Assembly (NCBI GenBank): GCA_965215885.1
Contig: CBDCEW010000078.1
Location: 17,759 to 81,758 of the forward strand
Length of the DNA: 64,000 nucleotides
Reading direction: 5' to 3'
Origin: Candidatus Moanibacter sp.
GTDB taxonomy: Bacteria; Verrucomicrobiota; Verrucomicrobiia; Opitutales; UBA2987
Within the stretch, counting starts at the first letter, position 1; each line of letters begins with the position of its first letter. The notes under the pieces were generated by a model. That model worked only from the letters and a program-made list of their open reading frames with translations. It ran no database searches and was not told the origin of the DNA. Made by a program: the position numbers and the translations under genes. Shown piece after piece: positions 56,798 to 64,000 of this stretch.

Positions 56798-57199
56798 ATG
56801 AGAGCTGCGGTGTATCATGGACCGCGCGATATTCGTGTCGAAGAGGTCGATGACCCGAGGATTGCCGAGGATGAAATTCTCGTGCCGGTCCGAGCCTGCG
56901 GCATTTGTGGTTCAGATATGCACATGTTAAAACAGAACGATGGTTGCATGGTCCTGGTGGCCTTGTTCGAGCAGGCACCGGAACTCGATTTGAACCAGGT
57001 CGTTCGCAAGCATATCACCATCCGCGGCTCATGGACCTGGACGGGGGCGGACTTTCGGGAGGCCATCGCACTGGTCGCAAGCGGACGTGTAGATCGTAAG
57101 TCGCTAATTTCCCATGAATACGTGCTGGAGGAAGCAACGGATGCATTTGCCACACAGGATCAGCCGGAGGCGGCGATCAAAGTATTATTAACACCTTAA
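56798..57199 (+). pseudogene. Zn-dependent (MDR) dehydrogenase with an in-frame internal deletion
   Basis: N-terminal ..CGICGSDMH is joined directly to the C-terminal third. GHE and GxGxxG are absent (133 aa). AAGGAGG RBS is intact. Confidence 0.85.
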
Positions 57200-58932
57200 G
57201 GAATGCAGGGACTCGTACCCCGGCTCCCAAGCACACGCTATAATATCTCGCGGTTACATCGAACTACTGAAGATTTTAATCGATCACGTATCGATAAGGC
57301 TTGGCTGAACGGGTTCCTGTTCTTTAGCATTCCCTTGGCCTTCCGTTTTGGTTCGGGTCTCACGATAGAGATCGCCCGAGCATCCCGAACGAATGCCACG
57401 GAATCGGGCTTCACATGGTGAGATTCACTCTGGCGACAAGCCTTTTTCGGCATCGACGACGGCAATGAAGATTCTCTCACAAGTTACGTTCCTTCTCGCA
57501 ATTTTCATCCTCGCCGCAGCGGTGCTATTGGGCCAGGAGGAGCGCTCTCTTATACCTATCGAGAATTTCTTTCGGCCACAAAAGCTCTCGAGGGTAACCC
57601 TTTCCCCAGACGGCCTATACGTGGCCGGCCTTGCACCGATCGATAAAGGTGAGGAAATTGGACTCGCGACGATCGAATTGGAAACGATGGAGCCGAAAGC
57701 CTTCAAATGGGATTATGGATACAACATTTATAAGTTCAGCTGGGTAAGCGACACCGACATCATTTTTAACGTCTATAAGTGGAATATGTATGTTGCAGGG
57801 GTCTTTCGTGTTGATCGTGAGATCAGAAAGGCTGTCACTCTCATGGGCGACGATGTGATTGCCACTCTGATCGCCCCGATGCCCGATGACCCGTTATACA
57901 GTTGGGTCTGGGTCAAAAAAGGTCGGTATTTTCACAAGGAGAATCTCCTCGTGAAAATCCCGAAGAAGGGAAGCGCCGACCGCAGCGACTTCCCGAGTTT
58001 TGGAGGAAGAATTGATAGCCTCGGCATCGTCCAAGAGACGGTTCAACCTCCATTCGGTGAGATCCTCGGCTGGATCATCGATTGGGCAGGTGTACCGCGG
58101 ATTGTTAAAAGGTACCACGATAAGAAACTGCAGTATATGCATCGGAATCTGGGAGATACCGATTGGGAGACTCTGTCGATCGACCCGGAGGACTGGCGAA
58201 TCATAGATTTCACCACCGATAATAGCCTTCTCTTTGTGTCAGGTTACCATGGCGAGGAGACAATCGGTCTGTACCTCTACGATATGGAGAAGGACTCGGT
58301 CGACGAGCTGATCTTTCGAGACGAGGAATACGACTATACAGCGACCGGACGGCACAGGTTTTACAAAGACACTTTGGTCGGCATAACCTACCATCGAGAA
58401 AGGCCGACATCCGTCTGGTTTCTTCCCCAACTGGAATTTCTTCAAGGGTTGGTCGACAGGTCGATCCCTGGGCGGGCGAATGTAATTTCCGGCTGGAGTG
58501 ACGATTTGCGACGGCTCCTTGTAGCTTCATATTCCGACACTGCACCGGTCAGATACCTACTCTTCGATGTGGAAAATAAGAGCCTGGATTTTATCATGGC
58601 TTCCGCACCGTGGCTCGACGATACGAAACTGGCCGGGACGAGTGTCTTACATTTTACGACCTCGGATGGATTGAGACTCGAAGGTTATTTGACAATACCC
58701 AACGGTTCGAAAGCGCCCTACCCGTTGGTATGTCTGGTCCATGGCGGTCCGTGGGTGAGGGATACGGGCGCTTACAACGCGGAAGCGCAATTTCTCGCAA
58801 ACCGTGGCTATGCGGTGCTGCGTCTAAACTATCGTGGGTCGTCGGGATACGGAAAGTCTGTCTCGGAGGATTCCGAGTATGAGTTTCGCAAGATGCACGA
58901 CGACATAACCGAGGGCGTTAATCTGTTAGTTA

Positions 58933-60849
58933 GACCTTATCCGAAAAGCTACTGATTGGCCGCAAAGAGGCGCAAAAGGCGCAAGAAAAACTTGAGAAAA
59001 ATCATTTTTTGGCTTGATAAAAAGTGTCGCAACATGCTAGTGTTTAACAACCTAAGATTAAGAAAGGAGTTAAACATGCCAACATGTGCGACAGAGGAGA
59101 ACAAAAGCGATAAGACGCCCCTTAGCAACCTCATTCTGCCGGTTCCAGACACGGATTTCCGTGATTTTCTGGATGAAGTTGAAGAATTGGCCGGGTTCGC
59201 GGCGCAAATCATCGAGGCGATCGAGAAGGATCTGGACGCCCATGCGCGTGAGAAGAAGAAACTTCGATTGGAAGATCGAAGGTTCTTTGAAGGGCGCACA
59301 GCGGAGCTGCCGGAGCTGGACATCGAGGAGGAGAATATTCTGGCTGCTGAATTGAATCTTGGGGCAGGCCGGCCGCGGATGCCGGCTTATGCGGTTTACG
59401 TGTTCGTGATGATTCGAGGGTTTCTGGGTTCGTTGACCACGAAACCGGCACGGCGGTTTGTGCGCGAGTCGATGAGCTTGTACGGATTTTTGCAGAGCGG
59501 GGGACTGAGAATGCCGGCGGTGACGACGATTCTGGAGAACGTGAACCTGGTCAGCCATACGACCCGCGAGTTGATCTTTGATAAACAGATTGGGTTTATC
59601 CTCCAGGAGCAATGGGACGATTTCGGGAAGCTGACGATCGACAGCACCTCGGTGAAAGCAAACAGCTGCTGGCCCACCGATGGGAGGATTCTGAGCGGTC
59701 TTTTGATGCGGGCCAATCGTTTGGGTCAGAAGTTGCATGTCTTCGGGCTGGAGGATTTTCGCAAGGGATGGGTTGGGCGTTGGCTGGAGGAAATGGACAA
59801 GCTGGAGTTTCAGATTTGTCTGGCCGCGGGCAAACCGAAGTCGAAGGGCAAGCTGAAGAAACACTACCGGCGGTTGCTCAAGCGGGGCCGCAAGGCGGCC
59901 GACTCACTAACGGGGGAACTGAGCCATCTTGAAGAGGGCCTGTCGATGGATTCACTGCCTCCCACTCGCCGGGAGCTTCTGGAGCGGGCATTGAGCCAGA
60001 TCAGGGGCGATATTGCCGACGCCAAGCGGGTTGTTGAGTATGCTCATGATCGGGTGTTTCACGAAAAGAAGCTACCGTCCACACAGAAGGTCCTGAGCCT
60101 CTCGGACGGATCGGCGGCCTACATCAAGAAGGGCAGCCGCAATCCAGTGATCGGGTACAAGCCACAACTGGTTCGCAGCGAAAACGGTTTTGTCACCAGC
60201 CTGATCGTACCGCAAGGCAACGCGGCAGACTCCATTGAGCTGGCGCCGGCCATCGGCGATTCGATCAAGCGCACCGGTGTCATTGCTGAACTGGTCAGCA
60301 CCGATGACGGATATGCTTCGGCGAAGGGACGCAAGGAGGTGCTGAGCATGGGGGTAAAGCAGATCAGTATCAGTGGGGCGAAGGGCAAGAAGTTGACCAC
60401 CCCCGAGGACTGGGAGAGCGAGGCGTATCGCGAGGCACGCCGCGATCGCTCCGCAGTGGAGTCGCTGATGTTCACGATTAAAGATGGATTTGCCTTTGGC
60501 GAACTCGGCCGCCGCGGCATCGATGCGGTAGGCGATGAACTGCTCGAGAAGGTTCTGGCCTACAACTTCTGCCGCATCATACTGATGAAGAAACGCCGAG
60601 GGGAGGAACTGGAACAGGCAGCCTGAATCTGACCGCTTTGAAGCTCAGAGAAAAAAGCACCACGGGATGAGTATGCCTCCAGACAGCGGCAAATATACGT
60701 ATTGTGCAGCAAGCCACGCCGATGGCCGCTCAATACCTGCTCATCGGCAGCGCCGGCAGCCTAAAACCCGAAACCTGCCAGCCATAGGCTGGTCCGCCCG
60801 TGGCGGAGAACCTTAAACCGCCCGCTCGAAAGGCTTTTCGAATGGGGTC
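58933..60849 (+). mobile_element. Complete insertion sequence (IS5/IS1182-like DDE group)
   Basis: IRs GACCTTATCCGAAAAGC / GCTTTTCGAATGGGGTC (14/17). TAGTTA is duplicated at 58927-58932 and 60850-60855. Confidence 0.92.
59076..60626 (+). CDS. DDE transposase
   Basis: GAGRP, IDSTSVKANSCWPTD, STDDGYAS, RSAVESLM..LAYN. AAGGAG RBS before ATG 59076. Confidence 0.92.
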   Translation: MPTCATEENKSDKTPLSNLILPVPDTDFRDFLDEVEELAGFAAQIIEAIEKDLDAHAREKKKLRLEDRRFFEGRTAELPELDIEEENILAAELNLGAGRPRMPAYAVYVFVMIRGFLGSLTTKPARRFVRESMSLYGFLQSGGLRMPAVTTILENVNLVSHTTRELIFDKQIGFILQEQWDDFGKLTIDSTSVKANSCWPTDGRILSGLLMRANRLGQKLHVFGLEDFRKGWVGRWLEEMDKLEFQICLAAGKPKSKGKLKKHYRRLLKRGRKAADSLTGELSHLEEGLSMDSLPPTRRELLERALSQIRGDIADAKRVVEYAHDRVFHEKKLPSTQKVLSLSDGSAAYIKKGSRNPVIGYKPQLVRSENGFVTSLIVPQGNAADSIELAPAIGDSIKRTGVIAELVSTDDGYASAKGRKEVLSMGVKQISISGAKGKKLTTPEDWESEAYREARRDRSAVESLMFTIKDGFAFGELGRRGIDAVGDELLEKVLAYNFCRIILMKKRRGEELEQAA

Positions 60850-61325
60850 TAGTTAAGAGAGGCGTCGCTGACCGCAGCCGATTGGCGATCATGGGTGGAA
60901 GTTTCGGAGGCTACGCCGCATTGTGTGGCGCCGCTTTCGAGCCCGACCTTTATCGATGTGCGGTAACCATTGTAGGCGTTTTCGATTGGAAGAGGATGGT
61001 GAAAGACCGAAAAAGGCAGGAGCACTACTATAGCCACAGAAAGCTTGTTGATGAGTTGGGAGACCCAAAGGCAGGGAAAGAGCAATTCGAACAGATATCG
61101 CCGATTCACCATGTCGATAAGATAAGAATCCCCATTTTCATCGCTCACGGCAACAGTGATAGAAATGTCTCCGTAAGGCAGTCGAAAAAGCGCCAATGCG
61201 AACTCAGGAGGCGCAACATTCCCCATGAGACTTTCTATCGCGCATGGGAAAGCCATGGTTTTTTTTACCAGAAAAATCGAATTGAATTGTACAGGCGAAT
61301 CGAAGCGTTCCTGGACCAACACCTC

Positions 61326-61426
61326 TAGCCCGCTTTTCTCACAATTTTTCAAAGATGGTATTTTGGCAAGATGCTCTTCCGAACTCTGCCGTACGGCAGA
61401 GCATCCCGGCCACAAAAAGCGGGCTA
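61326..61426. repeat. Small MITE-like palindromic element overlapping the peptidase stop
   Basis: 12-bp IR TAGCCCGCTTTT/AAAAGCGGGCTA with internal perfect palindrome CTCTGCCGTACGGCAGAG. Confidence 0.6.
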
Positions 61427-61625
61427 TCAAGTCAAAGGGCACAGAAGATATTGAAGGGGTCCAGGGATCTCAATATGCATCTTACGGCAACGAACCATGG
61501 AGGTGGATCGGCGGAACAGAGTGTCTTAGTGAATCGCCAAATGAATCTTCGAGAATACAGTGTAACTTTCTTGCATTCACTATCTTCTGTGCCCTTTTGT
61601 AATTTAGCCCGGCTTCCATAGAATC

Positions 61626-62924
61626 ATGAACAGGAGAATTACCTGGGAATCCGTCAACGACCGTTCTTTTGAAGAGCTCAAACAGGAAGCTGTTGAACGG
61701 CTGAACGAAACGTCCGAGGGACTGATTGAATGGGGACGCAGGGCGAAGGATAGAAACTACCCTTTCCTGTTTCAGTGGCAAATCAACGCTCCGTTCAACG
61801 GGTTCACTCACGCCACATCACGAGTCATGGCCGGGCTGAGACGCGCCGGAGTCCTGGACAAGGTCGTTTCGGAGAATGACAAGAAGCTGGGATTGGAGTG
61901 GATCCGCTCGATCTACGATGAAGCGTCGAAGAACTACAATGATCCGTTCCTGCTCAGCGCGAAGCCGCACCTGTTTCTGGAAGCTTCCGCGCTAAACAGG
62001 GAGAAAACGGGAGAGGATCTTCCCTGGCCTCCCACGGGAGCGGTCCGTGAGGGCTTGAATCACTATTCGTATATGAGCTACAAGCTTTTCGGCGGGGACG
62101 GTGAACACTACCTGGAAACCCCCGAAGGTTGGCCCCAACGGGAAGACGCTGGAGAGCCTCTGTGGCCCTGGCTCGCTGGTTTCGGCCCCGTGGACATTGC
62201 CCACAGCTGGACCGGAAGGGTGCTGGATAGAGCCGTGGCCTGGTACCGCGATGGGTATATAGATCTCGAACCGATAAAAAAAGCGATCCTGGTACTCTAC
62301 AAGAACCAGGATCCCAAGACTGCAATCATGGGGGCCAATCATGTCCGGACTTTCAAAATCCTCATCACTCTATGGGAATGCTTGTGGGACCTGCCCATCC
62401 AATATCCCAAAACGATGATCAATCATCATATCGGCATGTTGCTCTCAAACTCGTGGGACGGGAAGAATAACGAAGGATATGTTAACCCCTGCGCCGAATT
62501 CGATCTCTGGTACAACGTTGGTCGGGCTATGGACTGGGCAAAAGGGTACCGGGAGGAGGAAATCAGGAAACTGGCCGCCTGGCGTATTCTACGGGTCATT
62601 GACGACTTTGTAACCGCAGACAAAGGAATGACCACCTGCCCCGTCCCCAGTCTCGGAAGCTGCCGATTAGACAACTACTGGATTGTGGGCGACGGCAGCA
62701 AATCACACAAAGGAGATGCCTTCGGCGTGAACATTTTCTCCCACGCCCTGGCTATTTGCAACGGTATCATAGGCGGCGGAGGCGATACCCTGTTTACCGA
62801 CAAATGGTGGAGTAATCAGCAGCCTGATAGTTTTATTGGATTCTCAGGAACGCAAAAGGTTAACGACGAGATCGTCGGCGCTGTTCTGAAGGAATATACG
62901 CCCGATTTGGAGGACGACGCATGA
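61626..62924 (+). CDS. Hypothetical alpha-barrel protein, distant paralog of 47122-48237
   Basis: QDPKT..FKI..PIQYP..I, CAEFD, YREEEI align with QDPET..FKV..PVQYC..I, CSVFD, YRKDEI. Confidence 0.6.
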   Translation: MNRRITWESVNDRSFEELKQEAVERLNETSEGLIEWGRRAKDRNYPFLFQWQINAPFNGFTHATSRVMAGLRRAGVLDKVVSENDKKLGLEWIRSIYDEASKNYNDPFLLSAKPHLFLEASALNREKTGEDLPWPPTGAVREGLNHYSYMSYKLFGGDGEHYLETPEGWPQREDAGEPLWPWLAGFGPVDIAHSWTGRVLDRAVAWYRDGYIDLEPIKKAILVLYKNQDPKTAIMGANHVRTFKILITLWECLWDLPIQYPKTMINHHIGMLLSNSWDGKNNEGYVNPCAEFDLWYNVGRAMDWAKGYREEEIRKLAAWRILRVIDDFVTADKGMTTCPVPSLGSCRLDNYWIVGDGSKSHKGDAFGVNIFSHALAICNGIIGGGGDTLFTDKWWSNQQPDSFIGFSGTQKVNDEIVGAVLKEYTPDLEDDA

Positions 62925-63886
62925 AATGGACCTTTCTTCACGTGAACGACAGCCACATGGGTACACCGCGTTCCTATCGGTTCCGGCCGGCCGTCAACCG
63001 CCGTTGGGCCGCCATTAAGCGGCAGATGGCGGAGATCGATGCGGAGTTCCTTTTACATGGCGGTGACCTGACGAGGGACGGGGAAACTCACGAATACGAG
63101 TACCTGCAGGCGCGTGAAAATCTCGATACACTTCCGTTTCCCACCTTCGTTATTCCCGGCAACATGGACGTGGGCAACAAACACACCGGCCAATCGGGTC
63201 GGGATCGGATTTGGGATGCCCAAGGAATAGGTTGGAACGATTCGGATCTGAACATGACCGGTCGACGATTGGATCTGTTTTCATCCTATTTTGGACCCGT
63301 ACACTGGTCCTTTCTTTTTCGAGGCGTGCGGTTCACGGGATTCTTTGCTGCTTTGGCCGGATCGGGGTTGCCTCATGAGGATCGATTCTGGCGTATGCTA
63401 GAGCGTCTGCCAAATCTTCCTGCGGCACGCCACCATGTGGCGGTGATGCATTACTGGCCGTTCATGGAGGTTCCCGATGAGCCCGCCTGGGAAATCACGG
63501 ATCCCGAACAGTACGACAACTGGTACTTCTCGATTAATCCGCCCCACCGGCAGCGACTCTGGCAATTGCTTCAGGATGCCCGCGTTGAGGTTCTATTCTG
63601 CGGGCACATCCACACCGGACGACCGGTTCAAGTCGTGGATGGAATACGATTATACCGCACCATGCCGGCCGGCAACACGGCCCAGCTTGCCGAACGATGG
63701 CCGGACGCGGAAACCCAGTTCGGTTTTCATAGCTGCGACGTAACGGATTCGGGAATCGAGGTAACCCCGATTTTCGGCGATGATCAATGCGAGGAATTCG
63801 ATAGCTATGGACCCATGGGGCATCCTCCCATCGACCAGCGGGATTACTCTGCGGCGCGTGAATCGCCACCGTTAATGCCGGGTTAG
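62921..63886 (+). CDS. Calcineurin-like metallophosphoesterase
   Basis: NDSH, GGDLT, PGNMD, CGHIH. ATGA overlap with the upstream gene. Confidence 0.9.
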   Translation: MKWTFLHVNDSHMGTPRSYRFRPAVNRRWAAIKRQMAEIDAEFLLHGGDLTRDGETHEYEYLQARENLDTLPFPTFVIPGNMDVGNKHTGQSGRDRIWDAQGIGWNDSDLNMTGRRLDLFSSYFGPVHWSFLFRGVRFTGFFAALAGSGLPHEDRFWRMLERLPNLPAARHHVAVMHYWPFMEVPDEPAWEITDPEQYDNWYFSINPPHRQRLWQLLQDARVEVLFCGHIHTGRPVQVVDGIRLYRTMPAGNTAQLAERWPDAETQFGFHSCDVTDSGIEVTPIFGDDQCEEFDSYGPMGHPPIDQRDYSAARESPPLMPG

Positions 63887-63945
63887 GAATCTGTAGACCT
63901 TAAAACTCCTAACACTTTATTTTCGCAGATCAGATATCGTTCACG

Positions 63946-63983
63946 TAATCGTGCTCGTTCTCGAAATTTCGCGAGCACGATTA
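63946..63983. repeat. Hairpin of the ATCGTG/CACGAT repeat family
   Basis: TAATCGTGCTCG...CGAGCACGATTA. Confidence 0.65.
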
Positions 63984-64000
63984 TCCCACTGATCGAGAAG

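Larger units (their letters stand above)
57465..61328 (+). pseudogene. S9 prolyl oligopeptidase-family peptidase interrupted by an IS (57465-58932 + 60856-61328)
   Basis: Signal peptide, HGGPW and NYRGSSGYG. Removing the IS restores GVNLLVKRGVADRSRLAIMGGSFGGY...HGNSD...ESHGF. Confidence 0.92.

Overview
Bacterial accessory region. Gene and repeat style suggest a PVC/Verrucomicrobiota-like heterotroph, but this is low-confidence inference. No rRNA, tRNA, CRISPR or housekeeping operon was seen. About 30 intact genes, mostly for carbohydrate or sulfate-ester catabolism: sulfatases, BNR/sialidase-like propellers, rhamnogalacturonan-lyase-like proteins, GH117/43-like, GH32-like, GH4, a deacetylase, an esterase, SDR, Gfo/Idh/MocA and PhyH. 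A cluster at 3.3-15.4 kb encodes FG-GAP/ASPIC-UnbV and TPR proteins, including a CxxC permease fused to an FG-GAP/ASPIC domain. The intergenic DNA holds the most unusual signal: six GTAG-type REPINs (two supply gene stop codons), a decayed RAYT transposase, several other palindromic repeat families, 13-24 nt hairpins inserted inside other repeats, IS1380-like MITEs and an IS1380 remnant bracketed by a perfect 60-bp direct repeat. An intact DDE IS splits an S9 peptidase. Several genes survive only as N+C-terminal fusions after internal deletion, and both higBA loci have a dead toxin with the antitoxin ORF retained. All calls come from reading motifs by eye; no searches were run.
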